Shown here piece by piece: positions 23,624-36,026 of a stretch of DNA of 64,000 bases; within the stretch, counting starts at the first letter, position 1, and each line of letters starts with the position of its first letter. The notes under the pieces are model-generated. The model was not told where the DNA came from and did not search any database. It saw only the letters and a program-made list of their open reading frames with translations. The translations under genes were made by a program, and so were the position numbers. Source of the DNA: Phoronis australis (taxonomy: Eukaryota; Animalia; Phoronida); contig NMRA01000140.1 in NCBI GenBank assembly GCA_002633005.1, positions 620,001-684,000 on the forward strand, written 5' to 3'.

Positions 23624-23759
23624 TGCGCACGAATTGGACTTAATGGTCAGGATGATATGCCGGTTAATAAAAGAACACCATGTTTCTGTACAAGAAACTA
23701 TCTTTCAGACTGTTTTATTATATGATCGCATTAATATATATACACAAGTAGCGTGCCCA
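23603..23759 (-). repeat. 5' LTR, partial
   Basis: Aligns to 19086-19242 with 8 substitutions in 157 nt (manual count); followed directly by the PBS. Confidence 0.9.
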
Positions 23760-23760
23760 N

Positions 23761-24815
23761 CAGATCCGTCCGAAAGTCGTCGTCATCCATTGACAACATC
23801 ATATAAATACACTTGCTAAATTAAGTAAAGATCCTGCAAACGGTTTAATAGATACAGCCATGAGCGCAAAAAACTGCTACTAGGTGGCGCCAAAGTAGTC
23901 GAACTCGTCGGAAAATCGTCGTCAGCCGTCCATTTCATAGCAAAATCATACATGCAAATTTTCACAATTATCCTGAAAGCGGTTTGGTTGATAGACGAGT
24001 GGACGCCAAAAAACAGAATCGAAAAAGTTACCATGGCCCCTAGGTAGCGCAAACTAGGTCGAATCCATCTGAAAACGGAGAGATAGCGTCATCTCATTAA
24101 CAGATGCCTCTATGCCATATTCTATGAAAGTACTTTGATGACTTTTGAGCATACAGAGGTAAACGTAAAAAAACTAAAATTGCCACTAGGTGGCACACCA
24201 GTAGTCAGATCCGTTTGAAAGTCGTCGTCCTCCCTTGTTAACATCATATAAATACACTTACTAAATTTAGTAAAGATCCTGCGAACGGTTTAGGGGATAC
24301 AGCCATAGGCGCAAAAAACTGCCAGTAGGAGGCGCCACAGTAGTCGAAGTCGTCAGCAGTCCACTTCATAGTAACAACATACATGCCAGTTTTCACAATC
24401 ATCATTTGAGCGGTTTGGTTGATAGAGGGATGGACGAAAAACACAGACTTGAAAACAGTAAAAATGGCCACTAGGTGGCGCAAACTACCTTGAATCCATC
24501 CGAAAACGGGAGAACAGTGTCATCTTACTAATAGGTGCCTATATACCAAATTTTATGAAAATCTGTTTAGGACTTCTGAAGATAGAGAGGTAAACGTAAA
24601 AAAATATATAAAATTGCCACTAGGAGGAACACCGGTTGTCGGATCCGTCTGAAAGTTTGCTCATGCCGTCCCATCCACGGAAGGAACAAATGTGTAAAAT
24701 TTCATGAACATGCGTCAAGGCGTTTTGGAGATAGAGCAGCGGACGCCGGACGGACGAACGGACGGACGGAGATGACGGCATAATGCGTCCACATATAAAT
24801 ATGTGGGCGCACAAA
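23761..24815 (+). mobile_element. Helentron-associated (HINE/Pearl-like) element with ~440-bp internal tandem units
   Basis: Units start at 23761, 24206 and 24640. They are followed by a (CGGA)n microsatellite at 24740-24770, a hairpin TGCGTCCACATAT-AA-ATATGTGGGCGCA (24784-24811) and an A-run. Confidence 0.75.
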
Positions 24816-24816
24816 A

Positions 24817-24935
24817 ATGAATCTCTTTTTAGGTTAAAAACAATGTATTCTGCGCTTACGCAAAGCATGATTTTTTCGCGTGCTTCTCTATATTTATGTC
24901 TCAAATGCATTGTTTTTAACCTAAAAAGAGACTCA
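24817..24935. repeat. ~32-bp-arm inverted repeat
   Basis: TGAATCTCTTTTTAGGTTAAAAACAATGTATT vs AATGCATTGTTTTTAACCTAAAAAGAGACTCA. Confidence 0.8.
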
Positions 24936-27564
24936 CTACAAAATGGCGACTGCGTGAATAAGGTGTATAGACATCTATTTTAGATATTTATGCCCCAAAC
25001 GTAATTTCAGATTTCTATAAAGTCAGTAATTATAATGTAAAGCAAATCTTTAGGGGGGAAATTGAACCCACACAAGTTTTGCATCGTTGTTTGATGTTCT
25101 GTTGATGCAAAATGACTTTGTGCCAAGAGTGAAGTACGGGACACACACTCAAGACCCATTGACGTCACAGGCCAATCATCTGTGCCGGCCCTCTGGTGCC
25201 ACGTAAAAGAACTGAACGTGCTATTATTGAATGGAACTAGTCGAATTGATGCAAAACACGTCATTTTCTCGTTAATTGTCCCTGCTCTCGAGCGTACTCA
25301 CGAAATGTTCATTTCCACGAGATGTTGTTTGTTCTACTAAGTGAACCATCTCGGGGACGCTACAGTCTCGCCACTTGGTGACTGACTCTCAATTTCATGA
25401 GTACCTGTGTCGCATATCGTGCCAACTTCTAGCGATTACGCTCATCGGAGTGCAGATAAACTTTGTTGTAGAAGAGTCGCGCAACTCCACAGTTTAGCCC
25501 ACAAATTTTGCGGTCCTGGAGTTACGCTCTCAAACCGGCCAAAACCCTGCAAAACAGGAGTTACTTCGTCATTGGCCGGGAAAGAGAGACAAAAAGAGAA
25601 CACAGATGTCACTTTCCCATTGACGTCACTGTATCCTGTGACGGTTTTAGGAAGTGGTGTCAGCCAATGTTCACGTAACCCATGAAATTGTTTTGGTCAC
25701 GTCCCGAGTAGAAATGTTTCCACTACGTTAACGCTTTAAGAAATCTGCTTTTTACTCAAGGTTAATGAAACTCGGGCATATCTATGTCATATGCTCTAAA
25801 CAGTCTAGATATGACCATGCAGGGGCGTAACTTTGGGAATGAGAATTGTCGATTTAGCTGGGCAAAGAGAGAAATAGTTGTGCAAGGAGAGAGACATAAG
25901 GGCAAAACGGTTCACTCAAATAAGTATTACAAATTTTAGAATTTTGAAAAAAGTGGTTGTTCATGTGAACGCCTTTTCTGTTTGTGATAATTTTGCCCTA
26001 GTACCCTTTAAAAGAACTTATTTTCTTAGCGTTATTCAGCGTTGCTGCCATTTTCCCTCACATTGGAATTTTTCATGTGGCGTTCTGGTATTGCTTCACT
26101 CAAGAACATGGTCGTTAATAAATTTACGGCCGCCGTGGTAACGTTTAAGTCTTTTACCGCACTCAAGAGCTCTTCTTACCAATTTTCGGGTTCAGACTTC
26201 TACTCGTTTCAGTACTTTTTACGTCATACTTAATGTTCAGGAAGCAGGGTAGTTTGAGAAAGTAGGAAGTGGTGCAATTTTTAATCAAACACATTTCAAA
26301 TGAATGGATGACAGGATTTCAAGCTCTGTGGCGAGCTGAATCTCCTCATTGAGGTATGCATACATGTACATGTATTGAGTAAGTCGATTATTAAATTTTT
26401 GTACTTGACGCAATGACTCTAGGCAGAACAAGTTCGCTTAATGAAACACACATTGACAATCGATATATCTTGGCTGCAACGTTCATACGCGTGGTCGTGA
26501 AAAAATAAATGAAATTTAATTTCAATTAAATGTATTTATCAGGGGATATTTCCATACATCCATCATTCTCCAGTTGTTTGTCTCTGTGTATATCGTCCCT
26601 GTGACCATCGCATCAGCAAAATATTGTTCCAGATAGAACCTCTTACCGAAGAGCAACAGAAATAAAGTTTTAACTTTTAAAACATCAGAGTGTGCTGATC
26701 GCCGTCAACACGTAATAAATAAACGAAGTTCATCGCCCGCTCAAGAACCGAAAATCAAACAGATGATAACATCCAATTTGCTAAAATCGTTTTACTCTGC
26801 AGACAAGTTTACAGATTAGAGGGAAAAAGGGTTTAGCGAAGTTTTGGGTTTTCATGAAAGGTATCGCCTCTCAAGGACAGGTCCTCCACAGTGTTACAAA
26901 AATTGCCTCTGCTAAATGATGGGCAATGAATGGCTTTATGGCATAGCGTTCCACTGGTAAAGTAAAGCACTCATGGCTGATACCACAGCATAACTTCTGA
27001 AACTATATCTTCTTCGAGTAGAAAAAAGTAACATGGAATCCTAATGAGAAAGTCCGCGCGTCTCGAAACACTGAATCCGTTTTATAAAAAAGTGAGAACA
27101 GAGTTTTAGCTGAACAATGCTTACCCTCTGACTGAGCGCCCCTATACTGAAAAGTGGCCCTGTGGAAACACGATGACCGACACACAGAATTCCGTGTATC
27201 GGCGTCATGCGCACGACTTGGTCGGAAGTATAAACACATCAATATTTTGGGATTACTTTCGAATTTGATTTAAGAGTCCTCCGAAATGGAGGAACCGGCT
27301 ATCGTAAGTCGCACTATATTTAAATGGCATATAACAGTCACTTGAACTTGGGCTGAAAATGGGTTTTGGCCCACGGTTTCGTTTTTTTCCTTGTTCTTTT
27401 TTCTCAGAGTAGCATGCATTACAAACATATCCAAAAACGTGTCGTGCTATCACCAAATGTGACGTAAAAACTTCAAGTCATAACCTCAGTTGGACAGAAG
27501 ATAGAAATGCTTTTGTGTTACATTTGACTTTTTCACTCATGAAATTGTGTATCCGAGGGTAAAT

Positions 27565-27802
27565 CAGAGGCGGATCTACAGGGGGGGGTTCAGGGGGTTT
27601 AAACCCCACCCCTCGGGACAGGATCAAAAATAAAAACTGGAAAAAAATCGCCAGAAAAACGAAATTAGCTACTGAAAATCCCCAAAAATCTTACACGGGA
27701 GGAGGGAAACCCTCTCGCGACCTTCCTTCTCCTCGGCGCTACGCGCCTCGGATTCTTTCGAATACTAAACCCCCCCTTACTGAAATCGTAGATCTGCCAC
27801 TG
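27565..27802. mobile_element. MITE family B
   Basis: TIR CAGAGGCGGATCTAC...GTAGATCTGCCACTG with 5-bp TSD TAAAT on both sides. Confidence 0.88.
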
Positions 27803-29419
27803 TAAATAACGGTAAAACTTACTCATACATATTTATTGGTCCCTTAGAAATGTGTTCTGTTTAAATTAAGTAACTTTGGGTATTACCGTATTGCAGCGCC
27901 ATTAGACCCATAGCGCATGCGACTGTGCGTCAACCACTTGGGTGAAAAAGGACACGAAAAGGCATGATTTTTTTGGATATAGACTAGCACTGGTTTTCCC
28001 CTGTTGGACACAAATTTGTTTCAGCATTAAGAAATTTCAGATATTAACAATTATAAGGAGTGTTTTACGATACTCGTGCTATTCAACGCTATTCAAGTTA
28101 AGAGAATACCAAACCCTGTTTTGGCCTGTTAACAGGTACTAAAACAACTTTGCCATCCAGTTCTCTTGAACAAAATAATGCTCTGTAACCCTCGGCAGCC
28201 CTAATACATTTGGACGAAATTTTGAAAACTCATTTCAAAGTCTGCCAAACGGACAAGCATGACCTACGCTTTTTGCGAAATACAGGACAACTGTGGGAAA
28301 AAACACTCACCAAAGGCCATGATGATGTCCAGTCTGTGACACAGGGAATATGACTTATTAGTTGATTTTTGCCTTTAAGTTGTAAGATTGACGCCAATGA
28401 TGCATTAGCAGGTGAGAGAACGAGGATTGGTTGAAATCATCAAAACAGGACTGAGTACGCTTCTAAGTTGTATTTTCAATAAAATGTTGTTCACGAAAAG
28501 TAATTTTTAAAAATAAAACGGATGCACCTATATACGAATGGGCCTATGTAGGGGACAGTACCTGGGCCAGTATGCTGCGGACCACTTGGCAAAACAGATC
28601 TCAAAAAGGCAGTATTTCGTATATGGGCCCATGGGCCTAAAGGCTAAAAGATAACCGAAAAAATGGCTGAAATCCGCGTTTTTTGGTACCGTTAATCGTT
28701 CCAGTCTTATCCATTTCGCGTTCCAACCTTAGAATATTTTAAATTCTGACAAGTCTGCTAATGAATTTAATTTCAAATCTATTAAATAATTTGTCTAAGC
28801 ATTGACTTGAACGACATCACTAATTACTCAGCTGGTATTCTATTTCATTCCTGTGATTGGCTATCCGATGAGCAGCATGTAATTAGGAACTTTATTCACA
28901 CTTGGACAAGTTAATCAATATTAGTTTATTAAAACACCTAATCACCTCTCCAGGTATGCTTGATCAATATCTGCAATGTAGTAACAGTTAGGATTTAAAG
29001 AAATGTATAATTTTCATAAAACGAAATTGCGTTCAGTCAATACGCCTTCATGTTCGATACGATTTAACACAATTTCGTTTGTTTTAATCAATAACACAGA
29101 ATGGGTCTAAATTACGAACATTTCGTAAATATTGCAACTGTGCATCTATTTGCTTTTTCACTAACCGGATGCCAACTTTCTAAGTAATTATTACAGAGGG
29201 GTTTATATTGGTGCACCAACAAGCATTCCAAAGTTAAACCTAAATTTCTTATCAAGTTCTCTTGATTTTGAAAAAAAAATTATCTCATGTTAAAAGAGCA
29301 TGACGTGGGAATACATTTTCACTATAACAGCTTGTTGTAGCCTCTGCAAAGTGGAGCCCAACTGAGCAATTAATGGAAATCAGTCATAATATTTACCCAC
29401 AGTTCACCAAAGGTAACAA

Positions 29420-29780
29420 TATCAGCGCAGTATTCTTCAGATCTAGCGTCTTCTTTAGGGTCATTCGACGTAAGTGATATCTTTACAAGTTGTTGAACTC
29501 CTATTACATGTGTTTGATTGACCGCACGATGTCTGTTAAGGTTGATGGCGTTATGTCCACTGAAAGCATCAATGCTGCGGTTCCACAACGATGTGAGCTT
29601 GGTCCATGCTATTTTTAATTTCCATCAATGACGTCATAGATACACTGATATGCTGATGCCGGACGCCTCAGCTTTTTATTCTTTTCCAGGACTTTGCCAG
29701 AAGTCTCCGGCCAACTCCGGTCCGATCTTGACCGTCTTTTTCAATGGTCCACGAGGTGGAGGATGTCCTTCAAAATGTTG
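29420..29780 (+). pseudogene. CR1/L2-group LINE reverse transcriptase remnant
   Basis: Manual translation across frameshifts gives LIDRTMSVKVDGVMS..INAAVPQRCELGP/LFLISIND/YADA..LRSDLDRLFQWSTRWRMSF, matching GVPQGSVLGP-LFLIYIND-YADD-LQxDLxxLxxW. Confidence 0.8.
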
Positions 29781-32442
29781 GGATAAATTTTTGTTCAAAG
29801 TGTCGGTGTTGCAATGGTCCAATTATTATGCTTGCCCTTAGACGGCACGTTGCTGTTAATTAAGATTATGTAAGATCCTAGAAAAATGGCAAAATTTAGC
29901 TAACATTGGAACATTTCTCAGGCCGATCGGACTCAGAGGAAGCTGACAGTTAGTTTGATTTATGGACTGTTCTCCAAAACGTTGCTTTGGAAGTATTCCA
30001 TTTTTGCATGTGGGGCTTCGATTTTTATAAGAGATTCAAAGGTAGCATAAAACGAAAGAGAAACGATAACTGAAAAAAAAAAATTAACAGCGTTTTGGAG
30101 ACTTTATCTTGGACATCTATATCAAACAAAAATTTGTTTATGTTATTGACAACGTCGTTTGGCTATGAATATACCTTAATTTTTTACCCAAGCAGTTGCA
30201 GATTGATAGAAAGTCAAAAATCCACTTTTACACACTTTCTTGTTTTAGAAAATATACAGTTTTACTGAGTTCAACTTTTTAGTTTTGTTAAATACCCAGC
30301 CTTTCCCATAACGTCATACAGAACCTTAAACAGTTTCACAAACAGTTTGGCTTCACCATAATAAATTGACTTTCGATACCCATTGTATCTTTTTAGCAAA
30401 GTGCAAAAGCTTTTAAATCCTTTGTCCAAGAAAGTGCTTGGACATCCTATTGAAGTCATAATCTTTTATTTCGCCACACTTCAGTTCTGCCGACATTGTC
30501 TTTAACAGTGCCAACACTAGCACAAGTCTCTTGTTTTTACAGTACCTCCAGTATCAACCTACACTGGCAACTTCCGGCGCAATAAATTGCTATTATATAA
30601 CAAATCTATAAGATCGAGCTGGATGTTCCGCTATCACTAGGAAGCAACTATGGTTACAAGGTTCTTCACGATAGAAGCAATCAATCTAATTTAGCCCTTT
30701 TTAACTCCTATGAAGGAACACAAAACCCGGCATGCGCATGTGCTGAATTTGTCATTCCGCAAAATTTTCCTCGCTAATTCCGTAAATCTCAACATATTTA
30801 ACGTAGCATTTTGACCTGTTTAGCTGTCGAGGTTGAATTCTTAACCGAAGCGTTTTAACGATTTTAAAAAACATTACCACGCTCATATGATTCTGAATTG
30901 TTGCCGAATGAACCCGGCGGCAACTCAAGTCCCAGGCAATGTGTATATTCGCCATTTTGGAATTCACAATTTTAGTGTTAGCCAATCCCAGTAAATTCTG
31001 AAGGGTTTTCTCGAGTCGTAGGAGGTCTCGATGTTCTTGTTGGTAACGGAAGCAGAAACCTATGAGACCGAGATTACAAAACCTAAAGCTTGATTTTGGT
31101 TTTCAGCAAGCTAAACAAGGTGAAACAAGTTTTAATATCCATCCTTATGGCTAAATTTGACATCCAATATTAAAATTGCTCGATCTTTGTAGTCTCTTAA
31201 GATCAAATGTAAAGAGAAGTCAGTTTCCAATTTCATAACTGTTCTACCTTCAACAAAATTGCTAACTTTTGGAAAAAATGTTCAATATGATTTGGTACGT
31301 GCTGGCCTCCTCCTAAACTTTCAAACGTTTCAACACAATTTTAAATACGCAACAAACGTCTGTGGATGAGACACCCGAAATAAATTGATTTATTTCGTCT
31401 TAAAGTACCCCCATCAACTGTAGATCAGAAACTTTGTATACGATGTCATAGTTTGTTCTTTGGTAGTGTAATTTGTTCATTGTTTGATGTTCATTTGCCT
31501 TTTTTATTGATTTGTTTTTGTTCTGGCGTGTGTCGATATTATAATTTCTAAATGTCTGATTTTGTGTCATATGCGTATACTTGGATGTAATGATTCAGTT
31601 TGCGGGTAAATTATGAACCGGTTTTACAGATATATAATAAACGTTTCCGGTTTGTTCTTGTAAAAGTCGTCAAAACAATCAATTGTGCCTGTTAAACAAA
31701 CTAAAAGTGGTCACCGCTTGGAACTGTGCGCTATGGACATTTTGTCCGATTTACTTTATCTCGTAGGCAAATTTAGAGGGGTTCTGGTGGCCAACCGTCC
31801 CACAGACAACAAAAACGTCATCGGCATGTCGTCTTAGGGTTTGCACGGGCATTTTGCTTTGGAAAATTGTGATCAAGCACCCTTGACGACATCTAGATCC
31901 AACTATGTGAGTTTACGCAGTGGCCGACTGACCCCCACAGTTTTGGCAATCACAGATCGGGCAAGACAGGGACTGCGAATTGAATGCCGACAACAACGAT
32001 TTTTTTCATTTTGTATCTGTCCTCAACTATAAATTTGAGTAAAAGTACGATTTATATCTCAATCTGTCATTGACAACGTGTTTCTCCTCGATGAGTCCGT
32101 TCACAATGCTTAGTTAACGTCTGTCCAAATACTTATCGACAGTTCTCGTTGTCCGACTTCGACTGACTCTTCCAACCTCGGCATCCCTCATCATGTATTC
32201 CGTCCTAGCCTAAGTTGGCACAAGTGACATCCTGGGACAGTGTCAAAAGTGAATGCTCAATTCGTACTCATTTCCGTCCAGTCGGTGTAGTGACTGAAAC
32301 GCGCCAGTCAATATCGGTCATTGCGCAAAAAGTTCAAAGACGCCACCTTTCGTTCGTGCGGCTCACTGTTCCTTTCAACGACCGAGAAGGGAACCGGAAA
32401 CGACACAAATTATAAATACAGTTACCCATTCCGTATACTTAA

Positions 32443-34041
32443 AGGAGAATGCCACCCAAAAAACAACCTAATTTGTATCAATTTAGATCGAGAAGTTCAA
32501 CTCCATAACGACACACAATGCAGTTCACAGCACGGGTTACTGGTGTCAGCTTATCGCGCTTGAAGTCATCGTTTAACACCAATAAATCATCAAACTTCGA
32601 TTTAAAACTCTTAAAAATACACCGAGTTCTTATAAAAACGTGTTGCTTTATTTCGCTCTTACGGATTTATTGGTATTTGGACACGCCGTTGCCTACAAAG
32701 TTTGGCAGGCCAATAAGGTCCGTAGCAGGAGTTTGGGGTGTGTTCGGAGACAATTTCGAAGTATTTTCCGTGAGATACAGACATGAGAACCTAGATCTGT
32801 GTTGTTTAGACTTGTGATTTTTTGAGTTCTAAACACAAAACGCTTGTTATCCTGGCCAGTGGCTGGGAGCCCGATCACGCCCGTCGATCGCGGCCGGCCG
32901 GATTTACTCGTCACAGTAATCACGGCCAGTGGCTCGGAAACTGAGTCAGATATCACGAACATAAACCAGCCAAAGTTCAGTGGAAACTAAACTTCCAGTC
33001 AAGGAAATACTATAATAGTGAGCCAAAGTAATGTGCACGTGATTATGTTGGTGAATTAGCCACGGAACTGCAAATCTACTTACTCGTACGTCGGGAGCCG
33101 CGAATTCAGGTTCCGCTTTGGCCACAGCACCGTCAGGGCAGAAGTTGTACATTGACAATCATTATTTGAGTATTGTAAATGTAAATAAAGATTCCCCTAA
33201 CACCTGGCCGTGGAATGGAAATCGAGTTGTTTCACAACAGTTTCTGCCAGCAAACACTAAATTAGCATGAGCTCACATGGCCTCGGTGTCCCGTCAATTA
33301 GTTTTATTGCACCTAAAGCCGGTAACGCAATGATTTAATCATTGCTGGCTTCCCAAATCATTTGCACTCACGACCACTCCAAAGGCATTACAAATCGCAT
33401 CTAATGAGGCAGACTTTGTTACAGTTTTATATAAGTATTGGTTATTGAGAATAATTTATTTTGAAACAGAACGCTCAGTAATAAACGCCAATATGGCAAC
33501 TCGCAATCCCGACTTAGGACGAGATAGAGCTCATCAGGTGGATCGTTAAGTTTTACAGGCTATCAATTTGAACAGGAATACAGTGATGAAAAAATACTAG
33601 AGAGGCGCCGTGAACAAGCTCAGACAACGGAACGTATGGAGTTATTTGGTAAGCCGGCATTCGGGAGGCACTGTCGACGTTTGCAGGCCAGACACTAGAT
33701 GTTTCACGGCCTCATACTTGCTATTTACAGCCATCATTTCATTCTTCACTACTATGAGCCACTTCATAAGCATTTCGGACTCTCGAAGAAGTAAAAAAAA
33801 AAACGATATACCCGCTTTTCTCGTAGCTGCTTAGTTCGAACAAGCGGGAACGATGCACCGCAGCATAGCGGCATTCACTCTGCATATGAACCACTGACGT
33901 CGCTAACGTCGTTTCTCACTTTCCTCACAGGTTATCGCGACACCTCTTGGCAAGGTAAGACCGACCATATGCGAGGCGATGTAGATATAGACCGATTAAG
34001 ACGGCAAACAAAAAACTAATTAAATCGGGTGGCATTCTCCT
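32443..34041. mobile_element. Kolobok-like non-autonomous DNA transposon (~1.6 kb)
   Basis: TTAA|AGGAGAATGCCACCC...GGGTGGCATTCTCCT|TTAA: perfect 15-bp TIR, TTAA TSD, purine-purine terminus. Confidence 0.85.
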
Positions 34042-35071
34042 TTAAGGTGGCACTGAACAGTTAGGCTGTAGCCACAGGGCATTTAAATACAAGGCGTGTG
34101 TCAAGTTTGGCGAAAGGTTTGAGGAATTTGTTGAAAAAAATGCCAGGAAACTGAGTACTTGTGTTTTTTAATGAGAAAAGCCAAGTTTTTCATCCGCGAC
34201 CCACTTTCCATGCAAAATGGTGGCTGTCGCTTGCTTTCAACCCCTGATGCCTGCTGACTGAGAAAACGGGTGCGATTTCAGGTGGCTTTCAGACAGCTGG
34301 TAAGGGGCATACTATGACCACATTTTTAGAATTTAGAGAGAACGAGCATTCTCAATCAGTTGTCAGATTTTTTCTAGAACTCGCAGGAAACTAGTAAATT
34401 AGAGGAGAAAACTGACATTTTTTTGTTTTTGGCCCTATTTTGTGTGCCCGTATTTTTTCCGATGTGAATAAGCCGATTAAAAATCTGTAGCAGAATTAAG
34501 TTTCAGTTATCATGAGTAGTAATTTTAAGTTGGGAACGCCAAAAAACCTTTTGTTTTTTCAGACTCTCGATAAAAACGTGAGATAAGAACTCGTCTCCAC
34601 TTGGGTGTGTGTCGGCAGCCGAAACCCTACAATAACTGTAGTGTGCCTCGTAATGCACTCATGAAACCACAAAATCACGAAGGTATTCGAGAGATATCGC
34701 CTTGCATTGCAGGCAAAATTTGTAATCACACTAACTTTACTCGCGGGGTTAAAGCACAGCCCTGGGTTTATGGAATCGGTAGACTGCAAGACATTAGCTT
34801 GTATTTGCACCGAAGAATCACTTATGGAACGGATACTGAATGGATTCCCACAAATCAAAACTTCAATCTCACCAGTTACTTCAGTACTCGCAATTTGTCC
34901 CCAAGGAAGGCGAAATACACTGTATACTCAATACGTTACTTTCCGTTTACTATTTTCTTTGTTTGACCTGATTGACTAAAAGCCATAAGCATGTACGTGC
35001 CTTCTGTTAAAAGACTTACTTTTGATTTAGGCTGTTTCCCAAAATAGCTGGGAAAGTTATCTTTACTCAGG

Positions 35072-35205
35072 CTGGGGCAGATCCAGGATTTTTTAAAAGG
35101 GGCGGGGGGTCGGATCAAGGGTCGAAGTCTAGATTTGATATCTGCTCTAAAATCAAGGGAAAAAAGTGGGTCTAGTCCCCTGTGACCCCCCTGGATCCAC
35201 CTATG
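35072..35205. mobile_element. MITE related to family B
   Basis: CTGGGGCAGATCCAGG...CCTGGATCCACCTATG; flanks TCAGG/TCAGA. Confidence 0.7.
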
Positions 35206-35568
35206 TCAGATTAAAAGGGATTTTTAGACTTGGGAAGATCCGATTATTCGTTGTTGCTCGAGGCTGTGTCTATAAATTATCATTTCACTTTTTCTCAAGC
35301 CTAGAAATCGCTTTTGAATAACGGACATTTTGAAACTAGCGATAAGTGGTCAAAATCAAAAGTTATTTTTAACAAAAGGTCGCTTAATAATAGCAGCTTT
35401 AAGTTAGATAATGCGCAGGATAATTAAGCAATGACGTGCTCAAATGACAATTAACGTCATCTGCAGGACAATTTGCTATTGCAATTGACAAAGCAATTTG
35501 TAAAACACGAGTTGTTTACGTTTTCATCTGTTCTGTCGAACTCCTGAATACTAATCAATCATGGACGC

Positions 35569-35977
35569 CAGTGCCCGGTTGCATGAAACAGTCCCAAATA
35601 GGGACTCAACTAAGTTTTCTAAATCTTTTGAGTATTTTTTCGTACTTACAGATGTAATATTGTTTCTATAATTTTATCTTTATTATGAGCTCGTCTTTGG
35701 CCAATGACATTTCCAAATAATATGTCTAAAAACAGAGCTCTTAAGTCAGTCAAAATAATTAGGGACTTAGTCCTTAAATTAGGGGCCTTGCATGAATAAT
35801 AGTAAATCAACGTTGAGTTAATTATCGCTTTGTATCACAGCCAAAATAAAGTTAGTAAGAAGACTCGAACAGCATAAGAACCGACAACCAATGTTGTCAA
35901 AAGCCCACAAATAGGCAGTATATTTAGGGAACTCTGTTGAGTCCCTATTTAGTACAGTTTCATGCAACCGGGTACTG
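35569..35977. mobile_element. MITE with ~42-bp TIRs (PIF/Harbinger-like)
   Basis: CAGTGCCCGGTTGCATGAAACAGTCCCAAATAGGGACTCAAC vs GTTGAGTCCCTATTTAGTACAGTTTCATGCAACCGGGTACTG; the outer CAG/CTG may be a CWG target. Confidence 0.8.
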
Positions 35978-36026
35978 AGCCCCTGTAAGATTACTTATTC
36001 ACACTCCAAACACAGGGCTTCTTTAA

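Larger units (their letters stand above)
19086..23759 (-). mobile_element. Ty1/Copia LTR retrotransposon, degenerate; 5' LTR cut by an assembly N at 23760
   Basis: Order gag-PR-IN-RT-RH, two matching LTRs, PBS and PPT. Confidence 0.96.

Noticed and set aside
23755-23765. HINE inserted into the Copia LTR
   Set aside because: The junction is exactly an N, so it is most likely a collapsed assembly gap.
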